The position numbers and the translations under genes are program-made. The notes beneath the pieces are model-generated. The model saw nothing but the letters and a program-made list of their open reading frames with translations, searched no databases and was not told the origin of the DNA. This document shows positions 1-12,308 of a DNA stretch of 60,101 nucleotides, one piece after another. This stretch comes from Candidatus Nanopelagicales bacterium. GTDB lineage: Bacteria; Actinomycetota; Actinomycetes; S36-B12. Where the stretch lies: contig JBDNFH010000127.1 of the NCBI GenBank assembly GCA_041689915.1, positions 1 through 60,101 of the forward strand, given 5' to 3'. Each line of letters starts with the position of its first letter. Position 1 is the first letter of the stretch.

Positions 1-621
1 CTCCAACAAAACCTCAGAAGTTGGACTCGCCTCTAGTCCAAGTCCCGCAATTCGAACAAGGTCCTCTTCGTTGTAGGCGATTCCTGAGCCCGCCCCTCCC
101 ATGGTGAATGAAGGACGCACAACTACCGGATAACCAAGTTCAATAACGCCGGCGAGAGCGTCGTCCATGGTGTGACAAATATGCGAGCGCGCACTTTCGG
201 CGCCAATTTCTTGAACAATTTTGCGAAACTTCTCGCGATTCTCCCCACGTTCAATTGCGTCAATGTCTGCCCCGATTAACTCGACGTTGTATTTTTTGAG
301 GATCCCCGCTTTATCTAATTGAATTGCAGCATTAAGGGCCGTTTGTCCGCCCAGTGTTGGCAGCAGTGCATCCGGGCGTTCTTTTGCAATCACTAACTCC
401 AAATACTCGGTTGTAATGGGTTCGATATAGGTAGCGTCGGCAAACTCTGGGTCGGTCATGATGGTTGCCGGATTTGAATTGACCAAAATCACGCGAATGC
501 CTTCGTCGCGCAACACGCGACATGCCTGCGTACCCGAGTAGTCAAACTCACAGGCTTGCCCAATAATAATTGGCCCCGACCCAATCACCATGACTGACTT
601 AATATCGTCGCGTTTAGGCAT
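1..621 (-). CDS. carB: Carbamoyl-phosphate synthase large subunit, N-terminal fragment. The gene continues beyond the window start.
   Basis: Hand translation of the minus strand from the ATG (rc of 619-621) gives [60 protein letters not shown]..., a typical CarB N-terminus. It overlaps the carA stop by 8 nt. It is absent from the ORF track because it is open-ended. Confidence 0.9.
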   Translation of the reverse strand, partial: MPKRDDIKSVMVIGSGPIIIGQACEFDYSGTQACRVLRDEGIRVILVNSNPATIMTDPEFADATYIEPITTEYLELVIAKERPDALLPTLGGQTALNAAIQLDKAGILKKYNVELIGADIDAIERGENREKFRKIVQEIGAESARSHICHTMDDALAGVIELGYPVVVRPSFTMGGAGSGIAYNEEDLVRIAGLGLEASPTSEVLLE

Positions 622-1735
622 GTGAACCCATCTTTTCTAGGAATCGGTCAAAGAGGTAGTCGGAATCATGTGGCCCTGCTGCAGCCTCAGGATGGTACTG
701 AACACTGAATGCATTTTGATCTAGTAACTCGATGCCCTCCACGACATTGTCATTCAGACAAATATGTGAAATTCGGGCGCGGCCGTAGGCAGTATCAAAT
801 TCCAATGACTCGGGTGCGCGGACCGCAAACCCATGATTGTGCGCCGTGATCTCAACTTTCCCCGTGGTCAAGTCTTTTACCGGTTGGTTAATTCCTCGAT
901 GGCCATATTGCATTTTGTAGGTCTCTAATCCAAGTGCGCGGCCTAAAATTTGGTTACCAAAGCAAATTCCAAACAGTGGCATTTTTGCGCTAAGTGCCTC
1001 TTGAACTAATGCGACGGCGCTCACTGCGGTCGCCGGATCACCAGGTCCGTTTGAAAGGAAAACGCCATCGGGTTTCAATGCTGCGATCTCCTTCCATGTT
1101 GTGTTCGCGTTAACAACATGGACTTCGATGCCGCGCTCGGACATGCGCTGGGGCGTCATGAACTTGATTCCCAGGTCGATAGCCACGCAGGTGGCCTTCT
1201 TCTCACCTTGGGCGGCGATTACGTAATTTTCCGAGGTCGTTACTTGATCGGTGAAACTTGCACCAAGCATGACCTGAGAGTCATTAACGGCGGCAATCAG
1301 GTCAGTGATGTTGTCGCCGGTTGAATCCGAAAAGACACCCATCCGCATTGCGCCACGCTCGCGTAAGTGACGGGTAAGTGCCCGGGTGTCGACACCCTCA
1401 ATTCCCACGATTCCGTTGGCTGTGAGCTCGTCTGCGAGCGTGCCCGTAGCCCGCCAATTGGATGCGACGCGGGATAACTCACGGATGACAAAACCGGACG
1501 GCCACATTCGCCGGGATTCCGAGTCCTCAAGGTTAATACCGGTATTACCAATATGTGGGGCGGTCATGACAACGATTTGACCGCAGTAAGACGGGTCGGT
1601 GAGGGTTTCTTGATAGCCGGTCATACCGGTTGAAAAAACTGCTTCACCAAAAGCTACTTCACTTGCGCCGAATCCTTTACCCACGAGTGAGTATCCGTCT
1701 TCGAGAACCAGCGTCGCCGGCTTAGCATTTCTCAT
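614..1735 (-). CDS. carA: Carbamoyl-phosphate synthase small (glutamine amidotransferase) subunit
   Basis: 373 aa. It has the class-I GATase motifs GICFGNQ and HNHGF plus a CPSase small-chain N-domain. It lies between pyrC and carB. Confidence 0.95.
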   Translation of the reverse strand: MRNAKPATLVLEDGYSLVGKGFGASEVAFGEAVFSTGMTGYQETLTDPSYCGQIVVMTAPHIGNTGINLEDSESRRMWPSGFVIRELSRVASNWRATGTLADELTANGIVGIEGVDTRALTRHLRERGAMRMGVFSDSTGDNITDLIAAVNDSQVMLGASFTDQVTTSENYVIAAQGEKKATCVAIDLGIKFMTPQRMSERGIEVHVVNANTTWKEIAALKPDGVFLSNGPGDPATAVSAVALVQEALSAKMPLFGICFGNQILGRALGLETYKMQYGHRGINQPVKDLTTGKVEITAHNHGFAVRAPESLEFDTAYGRARISHICLNDNVVEGIELLDQNAFSVQYHPEAAAGPHDSDYLFDRFLEKMGSHA

Positions 1736-1827
1736 TCCGCACTCATCTCACTTTCAATAAATTCAATTAATTGCTGGTAGATCCGATGGACCAAGTCGAT
1801 CACCGCTGCGTCAATTCAACGGAACCT

Positions 1828-3129
1828 TCATCCATTGAGTTCACCGCCACGGACTTGATGTACCCCGTTGAAAAAGACATCCGTCACACACACCGGGAGT
1901 GTCATGCCAGCGTAGGGTGTATTTCCCGATAGCGATGCGAGCGCTTCGGCAACGACCTCGCGGGTTTGTTTCGGGTCAATGAGTACTAAGTGCGCTGGTT
2001 CACCGATGGCCAGTGGACGTCCGTGATTCCTCGCCCGTCCGATTTTTGCGGGGGCGCTGGACATGCGATCGCTCAAAGTACGCCAATTCCAATTTGGCGT
2101 CTCTGCCATTGCCGCTACGACTACACCAAGTGCAGTTTCAAGGCCAAGCATTCCGAATGCCGCGCTATCCCATTCGCAATCCTTTGCCTCATGCGGGTGA
2201 GGTGCATGGTCGGTTGCCACTGCGTCAATCGTTCCGTCAGCCAAACCTTCGCGCAGTGCGAGGGTATCTGCTCGTGAACGAAGTGGCGGATTTACTTTGT
2301 ATACCGGATCGAAACTAGAAACTAAATCTTCCGTGAGCAACAAATGGTGGGGGGTGACTTCCGCGGTCACCCGAACACCCATTTCCTTGGCCCAACGGAC
2401 AATGGCAACACTGCCGGCAGTTGAGACGTGACACACGTGTAACCGAGAGTCAACGTGCGATGCGAGCAGTACGTCACGGGCAATTATTGATTCCTCAGCT
2501 ACTGCCGGCCAACCCGTTAAGCCAAGGACCCCGGAGAGCTCACCCTCATTCATCTGGGCACCTTGCGTTAACCGCGGATCCTGAGCATGTTGGGCGATCA
2601 CTCCGTCAAATGTCTTCACGTATTCCAAAGCGCGGCGCATGAGGAGTGGATCAGACACACAATGACCGTCGTCGCTAAATACAGTCACTCCCGCCGACGA
2701 GGCCGCCATTGCCCCTAGTTCTGCAAGAGCTTCACCTTGTAGGCCAACGCTCACTGCGCCAATGGGGAAAACGTCAACCAAACCGGTCTCCCGGCCAATA
2801 CGCCACACCTGTTCAACGACCCCGGCAGTATCTGCAACGGGGGTGGTGTTCGCCATGGCGAACACCGCCGAGAATCCACCTAATGTTGCAGCGCGCGAGC
2901 CTGATGCAATTGTCTCAGCGTCCTCTCGACCTGGTTCGCGCAAATGCGTGTGTAGGTCAACAAATGAAGGAAGGCAAATCCGACCGTGCGCCTCAATGAC
3001 CTGGAGATTCTCGGGGTCGAGTTCAACTCCAATCTCGGTAATCCGTCCGTCAACAATCCGCAGGTCTTGCACTTCTTCACCATAAGGCCTTGATCCAACA
3101 ATCAAATACGAATTAAGTGACACTGACAT
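1828..3129 (-). CDS. pyrC: Dihydroorotase
   Basis: 433 aa with the metal-binding motif [10 protein letters not shown] and amidohydrolase-fold conservation. It sits in pyr operon context. Confidence 0.93.
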   Translation of the reverse strand: MSVSLNSYLIVGSRPYGEEVQDLRIVDGRITEIGVELDPENLQVIEAHGRICLPSFVDLHTHLREPGREDAETIASGSRAATLGGFSAVFAMANTTPVADTAGVVEQVWRIGRETGLVDVFPIGAVSVGLQGEALAELGAMAASSAGVTVFSDDGHCVSDPLLMRRALEYVKTFDGVIAQHAQDPRLTQGAQMNEGELSGVLGLTGWPAVAEESIIARDVLLASHVDSRLHVCHVSTAGSVAIVRWAKEMGVRVTAEVTPHHLLLTEDLVSSFDPVYKVNPPLRSRADTLALREGLADGTIDAVATDHAPHPHEAKDCEWDSAAFGMLGLETALGVVVAAMAETPNWNWRTLSDRMSSAPAKIGRARNHGRPLAIGEPAHLVLIDPKQTREVVAEALASLSGNTPYAGMTLPVCVTDVFFNGVHQVRGGELNG

Positions 3130-4051
3130 CTCCTCCGATAAGTAAGTACATAGATGCCATGCGCACTTTAAGCCCGTTCGCCACTTGCTCCGTGATCACA
3201 CTTCGCGCGCTGTCCGCCACTTCAGCAGAAATTTCAACGCCACGATTCATAGGTCCAGGGTGCATCACTATTGCGTGCTCAGGTAGTACTGCCGCTCGCG
3301 CACGATTTAGGCCAAATGCCCGACTGTACTCAAGTTCGCTGGGGAAAAAAGTTCCGTTCATGCGCTCCTGTTGCACTCGCAGCATCATGATTGCATCCAA
3401 TTGCGGTAGTCGCGCATCTAGTGAATAACTCACTTCACACGGCCAATTCTCAACCCCCACGGGCAACAACGTGGGTGGACCAATCACCACCACCTTGGCT
3501 CCAAGACTCGCCAAAAGAAAAATATTTGAGCGGGCAACCCTCGAGTGCAGTACGTCGCCCACAATTCCAATTGTCAGTCCGTTGAAATCTGAAGCTTCTG
3601 GCCGCAGACGTGCGCGGATGGTAAATGCATCTCCGAGCGCTTGGGTCGGGTGCTCATGTTTACCGTCACCGGCATTGAGCACACTTGACTCCAGCCAGCC
3701 AGCATGCGCCAACCTGTGCGCGGCCCCAGGTGATGAATGACGCACAACAATCATGTCCGCGCCCATAGCCTTCAGAGTCAAGGCCGTGTCCTTGAGGCTC
3801 TCACCCTTAGAAACACTCGAACCTTTTGCTGAAAAGGTAACTACGTCAGCAGAGAGCCTTTTTGCAGCTCGCTCAAATGAAAGCCGGGTTCGGGTTGAGT
3901 CTTCATAGAAAAGATTGACAACAGTGCGACCTCGCAAAGTTGGTAGCAACTTGGTCCCGCCGTCGGTTACCCGGTCAAGCTCGAGTGCCGTGTCAAGAAT
4001 TTGCAAAGTATCGGTGCGACTTAGATCCTGTACCGAGATGAGGTGCTTCAT
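3113..4051 (-). CDS. pyrB: Aspartate carbamoyltransferase catalytic subunit
   Basis: 312 aa with the STRTR and HPTQ motifs ([19 protein letters not shown]). It overlaps the pyrR stop by 4 nt. Confidence 0.95.
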   Translation of the reverse strand: MKHLISVQDLSRTDTLQILDTALELDRVTDGGTKLLPTLRGRTVVNLFYEDSTRTRLSFERAAKRLSADVVTFSAKGSSVSKGESLKDTALTLKAMGADMIVVRHSSPGAAHRLAHAGWLESSVLNAGDGKHEHPTQALGDAFTIRARLRPEASDFNGLTIGIVGDVLHSRVARSNIFLLASLGAKVVVIGPPTLLPVGVENWPCEVSYSLDARLPQLDAIMMLRVQQERMNGTFFPSELEYSRAFGLNRARAAVLPEHAIVMHPGPMNRGVEISAEVADSARSVITEQVANGLKVRMASMYLLIGGDVSVT

Positions 4052-4635
4052 GCTAGGGGCTCAACGGACTGAATCACGACTTGATCGACCGAGTCAATTT
4101 CACTTATGCTCACTGACACTTTTTCACTTAATGAAGTCGGTAAGTTTTTACCAACGTAATCTGCTCGAATAGGTAGCTCACGGTGACCCCGATCAACCAA
4201 CACTGCAAGTTGCACAACCGCCGGACGTCCATACTCATTGAGTGCATCAAGCGCTGCTCTAATTGTTCGCCCAGAAAAGAGGACGTCGTCAACCAAAATA
4301 ACGGTTTTCCCGTCAATCCCCTCCAAGGGAATATGTGTTTGCCCTAATGCTTTGGACGGACGCATTTGTAGGTCATCGCGGAAAAGAGTAACGTCCAGGG
4401 ACCCTACCGGAATGCTAACTTTTTCGATCTCACCAATATTTTTTGCCAACCGCTGGGCAAGGGGAACACCTCGAGTGGGAATACCCATGATGACAACGTT
4501 GCTCACGTCTTTGACATTTTCAACGACTTGGTGAGCGAGTCTGCGTAATGCCCGAGCAATGTCGTCGGGGTCGGCGACCATCCGACTACCGGTTCGGACC
4601 AAACTTGCCGGTGCCCCATTAATTGGCTCTGTCAT
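4048..4635 (-). CDS. pyrR: Bifunctional pyrimidine operon regulator / uracil phosphoribosyltransferase PyrR
   Basis: 195 aa with the PRPP-binding motif [18 protein letters not shown]. It is the first gene of pyrR-pyrB-pyrC-carAB. Confidence 0.93.
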   Translation of the reverse strand: MTEPINGAPASLVRTGSRMVADPDDIARALRRLAHQVVENVKDVSNVVIMGIPTRGVPLAQRLAKNIGEIEKVSIPVGSLDVTLFRDDLQMRPSKALGQTHIPLEGIDGKTVILVDDVLFSGRTIRAALDALNEYGRPAVVQLAVLVDRGHRELPIRADYVGKNLPTSLSEKVSVSISEIDSVDQVVIQSVEPLA

Positions 4636-4643
4636 GTGCTCGT

Positions 4644-4675
4644 CCTTCCCCGCCTCACTGAACGGGTCTTAAAGG
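4644..4675 (-). promoter_or_regulatory. PyrR-binding RNA hairpin overlapping the pyrR Shine-Dalgarno sequence
   Basis: The minus-strand RNA reads CCUUUAAGACCCGUUCAGUGAGGCGGGGAAGG, ending 8 nt before the pyrR ATG. CCUU pairs with AAGG. The loop GUUCAGUGAGGC resembles the PyrR binding-loop consensus (..UCCAGAGAGGC..). The 3' arm contains the GGGGAAGGA SD. Confidence 0.55.
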
Positions 4676-4731
4676 TGTGTGAACTAGATGAACTTGTGTT
4701 GGGTGAAACTTACCCGATTGGTTGGAACCGG

Positions 4732-6165
4732 TTAAACACCGCCACCGCGGCCCGCCGTCCCCATTTTATGAACGCGCATTCCGTTGGTTGTCCCCGGAAT
4801 ACCAGGAGGCACACCCGCTACAATTACCACTCGCTGCCCTGACGTAGCCCGACCAATGTCAAGCAATGCCTTGTCAACTTGGACTACCATGTCGTCGGTA
4901 TGGCTCACTTGAGGAACCAAGAAAGTTTCAACACCCCAGGTCAGCGACAACTGACTGCGAACTCTGGGATTTGGAGTAAACGCAAGAAGTGGCGTATGCG
5001 CGCGCCAACGTGAAATCAACCTGGCTGATCTACCGGTTTCAGTAAACGCAATGAGATAGGAGGAGCCCGTCCCTATTGCAACATCGACCGCGGCATGGGT
5101 GAGTGCTCGAGCGGTTGAGCCGGTTGGTGAATCCATCAATGGTGGGATTCGGTCGAGTGCCTCTGATTCTATGTGCTCGATAATTGTGGACATAGTCTCA
5201 ACTGCATGTGCGGGCCGCACACCCACACTTGTTTCACCAGAGAGCATGAGTGCGTCGGCACCGTCAAGCACAGCATTCGCCACGTCACTGACTTCAGCCC
5301 GTGTTGGGCGACTCTGCGTGATCATCGAATCAAGCATTTGTGTTGCCACAATTACCGGCTTTCCAGCCTCACGACACATTTGAATTGCCCTTTTTTGTAC
5401 AAGCGGAACCATCTCCAGAGGAAGTTCGACCCCGAGGTCCCCGCGCGCAACCATGACCCCGTCGAATGCGGCGATAATGTCCTCGAGATTATCCACTGCC
5501 TGCGGCTTTTCCACCTTTGCAAGCACTGGCACTCGAATACCCTCCTCGTCCATGATCGCATGAACGTCATGGATATCTGCTGAGGAACGCACGAACGATA
5601 GTGCGATGAGGTCGGCGCCAATCCGCAAACCCCAGCGCAAATCCTCACGATCCTTTTCAGAAAGTGCCGGTACACTTACGGCAACACCGGGCAAGTTGAA
5701 TCCTTTGTTATTGGAAACAATGCCCCCATCAATCACAATCGTGTGAACGCGCGGGCCAACAACCTTGGTGACCTGCAATTCAATTCGTCCATCGTCGACC
5801 AGGACGCGGTCGCCAGGGTTGACGTCGCCGGGAAGCCCGGTAAAAGTCGTGGAGACCATTTTTGCGTCCCCCGGGCACTCCTCGGTGGTAACGATGAATT
5901 CTTCCCCAACCACCAACTCAACCGGGCCGCACGCAAATCGTCCAAGCCTAATTTTTGGACCTTGAAGGTCAACCAAGATCGCCACACTGCGCCCAGAAAT
6001 ATCAGATGCTTCCCGGACCCACTTGTAAGCATTCGAGTGATCTGCATAGTCTCCGTGTGACAGATTCAACCGGGCTACATCCATGCCTGCTTCAACCAAC
6101 TCTAAAACTGCTTGTGCGCTTGCGGTCGCGGGACCAAGTGTTGCAACGATTTTGACTCTTCTCAT
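4732..6165 (-). CDS. pyk: Pyruvate kinase
   Basis: 477 aa with the N-terminus MRRVKIVATLGPAT, a barrel domain and a C-terminal alpha/beta domain, conserved throughout. Confidence 0.95.
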   Translation of the reverse strand: MRRVKIVATLGPATASAQAVLELVEAGMDVARLNLSHGDYADHSNAYKWVREASDISGRSVAILVDLQGPKIRLGRFACGPVELVVGEEFIVTTEECPGDAKMVSTTFTGLPGDVNPGDRVLVDDGRIELQVTKVVGPRVHTIVIDGGIVSNNKGFNLPGVAVSVPALSEKDREDLRWGLRIGADLIALSFVRSSADIHDVHAIMDEEGIRVPVLAKVEKPQAVDNLEDIIAAFDGVMVARGDLGVELPLEMVPLVQKRAIQMCREAGKPVIVATQMLDSMITQSRPTRAEVSDVANAVLDGADALMLSGETSVGVRPAHAVETMSTIIEHIESEALDRIPPLMDSPTGSTARALTHAAVDVAIGTGSSYLIAFTETGRSARLISRWRAHTPLLAFTPNPRVRSQLSLTWGVETFLVPQVSHTDDMVVQVDKALLDIGRATSGQRVVIVAGVPPGIPGTTNGMRVHKMGTAGRGGGV

Positions 6166-6202
6166 GATCGCACCTTACTGTAACCGGTTACACGCAGTTT
6201 CC

Positions 6203-7657
6203 TTATACGACGAGCGGGCGATCAAATGCCGAAATGGGGCTATGCAGGTTGGTCGAACCCATCAGGAATCGATCAACAGATGCTGCGGCCGCTCGGCCTT
6301 CAGCAATTGCCCACACAATCAACGACTGACCACGACCAGCATCACCGGCAACAAACACCCCTTCTGATTTGGTCAAAAATTGCCCATCACGCTTGATATT
6401 GCCGCGAGCATCAAGTTCGAGCCCCAACTGCTCAAGATATGGCCCCGGTTCTGGCCCGCTGAAGCCCAAAGCAAGAAGCACGACATCGGCTTTGAGAATC
6501 TGCTCGGTCTCGGGAACAACCGCGAAGCTTCCGTTCACGAACTCAACTTCAGCAAGTTCGATCCCAGAGACTTTTTGGCTATCCGCGGTGAGGAATTTTT
6601 GAGTAGACATCGAAAATAGTCTTTCCCCACCTTCTTCCTGTGAGCTGGAAACGCGATAAATCATGGGGTAGGTCGGCCAAGGGGAATGCTCGCTTAGCTC
6701 TGTACCTGGATTAGGCATGATTTCAAGTTGGGTGACGCTTGCCGCTCCCTGACGGTGGCATGTGCCCAAGCAGTCTGAGCCTGTATCACCACCGCCAAGA
6801 ATGACAACATGTTTACCAGCAACGTCAGAGGGTGATGTCTCAAAATCGCCTTCCTGCACCCGATTGGCCAATGGCAAAAACTCCATTGCTTGATAAATTC
6901 CAGCAAGATCACGGCCGGGTACATCGAGTTCGCGGGCGACGGTCGCACCAACACACACCACAATCGCGTCATAGCGGTGGCGTAAATCCGAGCCGGTGAG
7001 ATCCACTCCGATCTCAATTCCCGAGCGGAACTTAACGCCTTCAGCTTCCATCTGGCCAAGCCGTTGATCAAGATGGTGCTTTTCCATTTTGAACTCAGGG
7101 ATTCCATATCGCAGGAGTCCACCAATCCGATCTTCGCGCTCAAAAACAGCAACAGTGTGCCCTGCCCGGGCAAGTTGCTGGGCGGCCGCAAGACCTGCCG
7201 GACCAGATCCGACAACTGCGACCGTGCGACCTGAAAGACTTTCCGGTGGGGCTGGGTTAACCCAACCCGATTGCCAGGCCCGGTCGATAATGGAAAGTTC
7301 AACCTGCTTAATGGCTACTGGATCCTCATTGATTCCCAGAACACATGCGTTCTCACAAGGCGCCGGACACAGCCGCCCGGTGAACTCCGGGAAATTATTC
7401 GTTGCATGCAGACGCTCAATAGCCTGTTCCCAGTCACCATCTAGTACCAATTCATTCCATTCAGGAATGAGATTGCCAAGGGGGCATGCGTTATGGCAAA
7501 ACGGGATACCGCAATCCATGCAGCGCCCGGCTTGCTTTTCAACATCGCGCGCCTCGAAGTCTTCATAGACTTCACGCCAATCTCGAATCCTGATGTCAAC
7601 CGTTCGGCGCTTGGGAAGTTCCCGATCTGTTGTCATAAATCCACGTGGATCACCCAT
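6203..7657 (-). CDS. gltD: Glutamate synthase (NADPH) small subunit
   Basis: 484 aa with the Fe-S cysteine cluster CMDCGIPFCHNACPLGN and the dinucleotide-binding motif VAVVGSGPAGLAAA. It lies directly downstream of gltB. Confidence 0.93.
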   Translation of the reverse strand: MGDPRGFMTTDRELPKRRTVDIRIRDWREVYEDFEARDVEKQAGRCMDCGIPFCHNACPLGNLIPEWNELVLDGDWEQAIERLHATNNFPEFTGRLCPAPCENACVLGINEDPVAIKQVELSIIDRAWQSGWVNPAPPESLSGRTVAVVGSGPAGLAAAQQLARAGHTVAVFEREDRIGGLLRYGIPEFKMEKHHLDQRLGQMEAEGVKFRSGIEIGVDLTGSDLRHRYDAIVVCVGATVARELDVPGRDLAGIYQAMEFLPLANRVQEGDFETSPSDVAGKHVVILGGGDTGSDCLGTCHRQGAASVTQLEIMPNPGTELSEHSPWPTYPMIYRVSSSQEEGGERLFSMSTQKFLTADSQKVSGIELAEVEFVNGSFAVVPETEQILKADVVLLALGFSGPEPGPYLEQLGLELDARGNIKRDGQFLTKSEGVFVAGDAGRGQSLIVWAIAEGRAAAASVDRFLMGSTNLHSPISAFDRPLVV

Positions 7658-7684
7658 TGTCGCTCCTTAACGTTACCTGCATGA

Positions 7685-10600
7685 CTAAACCCTGCTCATA
7701 ATTGCCAGCATTGGATCTTCACCGCGGCTAAGAGCATCGGCTTCAATTTCCAGCACCCGTTTGTAGTCACGTGGAATCACCTTTGTGAACCGGGTGATGG
7801 CCGAAGTCCACGTTGTAAGGAGCCGGCTTCCCTGGGTTGATCCAGTGTGCTCAACGTGCTTGGAGATTAATTCAAATAACTCTTGTGCATCAGTTTCATC
7901 AAGTTGATTCAGTTCAACTAATTCGTGATTAATCAAAGTTGGGTCGAGGTCGAGTAGGTATGCGATCCCACCTGACATTCCAGCGCCAAAGTTGCGTCCA
8001 ATAGATCCTAGGACCACGACCCTTCCACCGGTCATGTACTCACAGCCGTGATCCCCCACGCCTTCAACCACGGCGAGAGCACCAGAGTTACGAACACAGA
8101 AACGTTCACCAACTCGACCGCGCAAAAATAATTCACCCGAAGTCGCGCCGTAGCCGATCACGTTACCTGCAATAGTGTTCTCACCCGGTTCGAATGGGGC
8201 GCTGGCATGAGGGTGCACCACGATTCGACCCCCGGAGAGCCCCTTGCCAACGTAGTCATTCGCATCCCCCACCAGCCGCAATGTCAGCCCGCGCGGAATA
8301 AACGCACCAAAACTTTGCCCTGCAGAGCCAGTGAATGAAATGTCGATTGTCCCGTCTGGCAAACCTCCACGTTTGGTAATCGCACTTCCTAACATGGTGC
8401 CAACGGTCCGATTTACATTTCGAATCGGAAGATCAATTTTCGTGGGGAGTCCAGTCTTCAAAGCGTCAGCACTCATGCGCAATAACTCCTGATCGAGCGC
8501 ATGCTCTAAACCGTGATCCTGATTTTTCATGTGTCTGCGGTGACCAAGTGCCTCTAGATTCGGAACGTGCAAAATCGGTTCGAGGTTGAGGCCATCAGCT
8601 TTCCAGTGCGTAATAGCTTTGTTCATATTAAGCACTTCAACTTGACCAATTGCCTCATTTAGCGAAGTGAAACCCAACTCAGCAAGTAATTCACGTACTT
8701 CCTGGGCAAGGAACGCAAAGAATGTTTCAACAAACTCCGGCTTCCCAGAGAACTTTTCGCGCAGAACTGGATTTTGAGTCGCAACACCAACCGGGCAGGT
8801 GTCAAGGTGGCAGACCCGCATCATGATGCAACCCATGACTACCAGCGGTGCGGTAGCGAAACCAAATTCTTCAGCACCTAGGAGTGCAGCAATTACTACA
8901 TCGCGTCCGGTTTTGAGCTGACCATCAGTTTGCAGGACAACGCGGTCCCGTAAACCGTTGAGAAGAAGTGTCTGTTGAGTTTCAGCCAGACCCAACTCCC
9001 ATGGAGCCCCTGCATGTTTAAGGGAAGTAAGTGGTGCCGCACCGGTCCCACCGTCATGCCCGGAAATTAAAATCACATCAGCATGTGCTTTGACAACCCC
9101 GGCAGCAACAGTGCCCACCCCGACTTGAGCAACTAATTTTACGTTAATGCGTGCATCAGAGTTGGCATTCTTGAGATCATGAATCAACTGAGCTAAGTCT
9201 TCAATCGAATAGATATCGTGATGAGGCGGCGGTGAAATCAAAGCTACGCCAGGAGTGGAGTACCGTGTTTTTGCGATCCACGGATAGACCTTGTTACCTG
9301 GTAATTGACCACCTTCACCCGGCTTGGCGCCCTGCGCCATTTTGATTTGAATGTCGTCACAGTTAACCAAGTATTCACTGGTTACACCAAACCGACCCGA
9401 TGCAACTTGTTTTATTGCTGAACGCTTTAGGTCGCCATTGCTCATGGGTAGATATCGCTCCGGATCCTCCCCGCCCTCACCCGTATTGGATTTTGCCCCA
9501 AGTCGATTCATGGCAATCGCGAGCGTCTCATGGGCTTCGGCTGAAATAGATCCATAGGACATGGCGCCGGTCGAGAACCTTTTTAAGATGCTCTCAATGG
9601 GCTCGACTTGATCAATGGGAATTGCAGCCCTCTCTGAATTGAACTCAAAAAGTCCCCGGAGGGTCATTAGTCGCTGTGACTGATCATTGACCCGGTTGGT
9701 GTACTCACGGAAAATATCGAACCGCTTGGTCCTCGTTGCATGCTGCAACCGAAATACCGTTTCGGGATCGAACAAATGCGGTGAACCTTCACGTCGCCAC
9801 TGATACTCACCACCGTCTCGCAAGGTTCGGTGCGTCGGTGAGATCCCAGAAATGGGATAAGCATCTGCGTGTCGCGCAGTATTCTCCTCGGCGATCACAT
9901 CAATACTTACTCCACCAAGTTGTGAGGTTGTGCCGGTGAAGTATGCGTCAATAAATTCCTGCGAAAGGCCTATGGCTTCAAAAATCTGTGCCCCTCGATA
10001 TGAAGCCACTGTTGACACACCCATTTTAGACATGACTTTGAGCAGGCCTTTACCCAATGATTTGATCATATTGCGCATAGCCTTCTCTGGTGAAATGTCA
10101 GAAATCACATTGCGACGAACCAGATCCTCAACACTTTCGAGAGCAAGATAAGGATTAATGGCCGCAGCCCCGTAACCGATCAACAGTGCGACATGATGCA
10201 CCTCACGAACGTCACCAGTTTCAATGAGCAGGCTGATCGTGGTGCGGTTCTTGGTTCGCACCAAATGGTGATGCACAGCCGCACACAGCAACAGGGATGG
10301 GATCGGTGCGAGGCTCGCATTGCTATCTCGGTCTGAGAGAACAATGAATCTCTTACCTTGCCGAATCAGCGCATCCACTTCATGGAAGATTTCAAGGATG
10401 CGCTTTTCAAGGGCCGCTCCACCGCCATGCACGTTGTAAAGGCCTTTAATCCGAGCCGCCGCAAACTCCGGCAATTTCCCGTCAGCATTAATGTGTAGGA
10501 TTTTGGCAAGTTCATCGTTATCAATAACTGGGAAGGGCAACACGACCTGACGACAGTGACCCGGTGAAGCCTCCAACAAATTGCCTTCAGGCCCAATAAT

Positions 10601-12202
10601 ACTGCCCAGTGAAGTCACAATTTCTTCGCGGATCGCATCAAGTGGTGGATTCGTGACCTGGGCAAAAAGCTGACTGAAGTAGTCAAAAAGCATGCGGGGA
10701 CGGTCTGAGAGCCCCGCAATTGGTGTATCTGTTCCCATTGAGCCAACTGCTTCAGCGCCATTTTCCGCCATCGGTTTAATAATGAACCGCAAGTCCTCTT
10801 GGGTGTAACCAAAGGTTTGTTGGCGCCGGGCAACCGAATCCTTAGTGTGCACGATGTGTTCGCGCTCAGGTAGTGCATCAAGGTGGACGAGTTCGCGCAA
10901 TAACCACTCCTGATAAGGATTTTCACCAGCGAGTGAGTCTTTAATTTCTTCGTCTTCAATTACCCTACCTGCAGCCGTGTCAACCAGAAACATTTTCCCT
11001 GGCTGCAATCGGCCTTTACGAATTACGGTGCTTGGATCAATGTCGAGAACTCCGGCTTCCGAAGCCAATACGACTAACCCGTCATCGCAGACCCAAAAAC
11101 GCCCAGGACGAAGTCCATTGCGGTCCAGAACTGCCCCAATCACCGTTCCGTCGGTGAAACACACATTTGCTGGACCATCCCACGGCTCCATGATCGTTGC
11201 GTGGAATTCATAGAAGGCCCTGCGAGCCGGAGACATCGAGAGATTGTTTTCCCACGCCTCAGGGATCATCATGAGGACCGAATGTGGAAGTGAGCGACCA
11301 CCGAGATGCAGAAGTTCAAGGACTTCATCAAATGAGGCCGAGTCACTTGCCTCGGGTGAACAGATCGGGAACAGCCTGGTTAAATCACCCGGCAAAATGT
11401 CGGAAGTCAACATTGCTTCACGGGCGGTCATCCAGTTGCGGTTACCTCGCACAGTATTGATCTCGCCGTTATGCGCGATCAGCCGATAAGGGTGCGCAAG
11501 TGGCCAAGATGGAAATGTATTGGTTGAAAACCGAGAGTGAACTAATGCTAAGGCGCTGTGCACCAATGGATCAGTGAGATCAGGGAAAAATGGTGCCAGT
11601 TGACCCGTGGTGAGCATCCCCTTGTAGAGCAGGGTCCGACTTGATAGTGAGGAAAAATAAACACCGAGATCGTGCTCGGCGAGTTTGCGGAATCCGTACA
11701 CGGCACGATCAAGTGCAATTCCTTCTGAAGTGTTGTCGGTTATGAACAACTGCCAAAAATCTGGCATACATGATTTCGCCATTGCCCCGATCATTGAGTC
11801 ATGCGTGGGCACTTGTCGCCAACCAATAATGCTCAAGTCTTCAGAGAGTGCAAGTTCGGCCAAAGCAGCCTTCGCAAGTGGGGCTTGACCTTGATCAAAA
11901 AATGCCGTACCGACCGCGTATGCACCGGCCGGAGGTAATTCGAAATCAACATTTTTTCGCAGGAAACGGTCGGGAACCTGGATCAAGATGCCGGCGCCAT
12001 CGCCACTGTCGGGCTCACTACCTGATGCACCGCGGTGTTCAAGATTGGTCAGCGCTTTGAGGGCCTTTTCTACAATTTCGTGCGTTGGGATCCCCGTGAG
12101 GGTAGCGACAAATGCAACACCACATGCATCATGTTCATTGGCAGGGTTATAAAGACCCTGCGCTTGTGGAAGCTGTGCTTTGGGTTGCAGGCTAATCGCC
12201 AT
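7685..12202 (-). CDS. gltB: Glutamate synthase large subunit
   Basis: The ORF track extends to 12349 and overlaps lgt. I place the start at the ATG at 12202 ([10 protein letters not shown]...), shortly before the Ntn catalytic Cys ([11 protein letters not shown]). GATase, central, FMN and GXGXG domains are recognisable along the length. Confidence 0.92.
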   Translation of the reverse strand: MAISLQPKAQLPQAQGLYNPANEHDACGVAFVATLTGIPTHEIVEKALKALTNLEHRGASGSEPDSGDGAGILIQVPDRFLRKNVDFELPPAGAYAVGTAFFDQGQAPLAKAALAELALSEDLSIIGWRQVPTHDSMIGAMAKSCMPDFWQLFITDNTSEGIALDRAVYGFRKLAEHDLGVYFSSLSSRTLLYKGMLTTGQLAPFFPDLTDPLVHSALALVHSRFSTNTFPSWPLAHPYRLIAHNGEINTVRGNRNWMTAREAMLTSDILPGDLTRLFPICSPEASDSASFDEVLELLHLGGRSLPHSVLMMIPEAWENNLSMSPARRAFYEFHATIMEPWDGPANVCFTDGTVIGAVLDRNGLRPGRFWVCDDGLVVLASEAGVLDIDPSTVIRKGRLQPGKMFLVDTAAGRVIEDEEIKDSLAGENPYQEWLLRELVHLDALPEREHIVHTKDSVARRQQTFGYTQEDLRFIIKPMAENGAEAVGSMGTDTPIAGLSDRPRMLFDYFSQLFAQVTNPPLDAIREEIVTSLGSIIGPEGNLLEASPGHCRQVVLPFPVIDNDELAKILHINADGKLPEFAAARIKGLYNVHGGGAALEKRILEIFHEVDALIRQGKRFIVLSDRDSNASLAPIPSLLLCAAVHHHLVRTKNRTTISLLIETGDVREVHHVALLIGYGAAAINPYLALESVEDLVRRNVISDISPEKAMRNMIKSLGKGLLKVMSKMGVSTVASYRGAQIFEAIGLSQEFIDAYFTGTTSQLGGVSIDVIAEENTARHADAYPISGISPTHRTLRDGGEYQWRREGSPHLFDPETVFRLQHATRTKRFDIFREYTNRVNDQSQRLMTLRGLFEFNSERAAIPIDQVEPIESILKRFSTGAMSYGSISAEAHETLAIAMNRLGAKSNTGEGGEDPERYLPMSNGDLKRSAIKQVASGRFGVTSEYLVNCDDIQIKMAQGAKPGEGGQLPGNKVYPWIAKTRYSTPGVALISPPPHHDIYSIEDLAQLIHDLKNANSDARINVKLVAQVGVGTVAAGVVKAHADVILISGHDGGTGAAPLTSLKHAGAPWELGLAETQQTLLLNGLRDRVVLQTDGQLKTGRDVVIAALLGAEEFGFATAPLVVMGCIMMRVCHLDTCPVGVATQNPVLREKFSGKPEFVETFFAFLAQEVRELLAELGFTSLNEAIGQVEVLNMNKAITHWKADGLNLEPILHVPNLEALGHRRHMKNQDHGLEHALDQELLRMSADALKTGLPTKIDLPIRNVNRTVGTMLGSAITKRGGLPDGTIDISFTGSAGQSFGAFIPRGLTLRLVGDANDYVGKGLSGGRIVVHPHASAPFEPGENTIAGNVIGYGATSGELFLRGRVGERFCVRNSGALAVVEGVGDHGCEYMTGGRVVVLGSIGRNFGAGMSGGIAYLLDLDPTLINHELVELNQLDETDAQELFELISKHVEHTGSTQGSRLLTTWTSAITRFTKVIPRDYKRVLEIEADALSRGEDPMLAIMSRV

Positions 12203-12308
12203 CTTCGAACTCCTCAAACGTCGCGTTACGCACGGATTGATTCTGAACAGCGGAGATAAAATAAACTGATTCAGAAAATTCCGGGACGACGTTGGCCCGA
12301 GGGTCGAA

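Noticed and set aside
1732-1803. A 23-codon mini-ORF ([26 protein letters not shown]) filling the pyrC-carA gap, whose TGA overlaps the carA ATG.
   Set aside because: It has no SD, a weak GTG start and is very short. The ATGA overlap could be chance. It is worth a look only if the frame is conserved in relatives.
4726-6191. AACCGGTT palindromes at both ends of pyk: GTAACCGGTTAC at 6180-6191, just upstream of the start, and AACCGGTT at 4726-4733, over the stop.
   Set aside because: About one chance occurrence of an 8-mer palindrome is expected in 60 kb, so two copies is a weak post-hoc observation. I saw no further copies and no flanking repeat structure.
6694-7302. A 202-aa alternative-frame ORF inside gltD, and similar 100-190-aa alternative-frame or antisense ORFs inside hisD, priA/hisH, ftsI and the mur genes.
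   Set aside because: They lie within well-supported conserved genes and have biased, low-information composition (R/S/P-rich), as expected for off-frame translation at this GC level.
12203-12240. A possible GlnR-type box (GTAAC-N5-GTTTG) just upstream of the gltB start.
   Set aside because: The spacing and half-site sequence do not fit the gTnAc-n6-GaAAc consensus well. The site also sits too close to the start codon.
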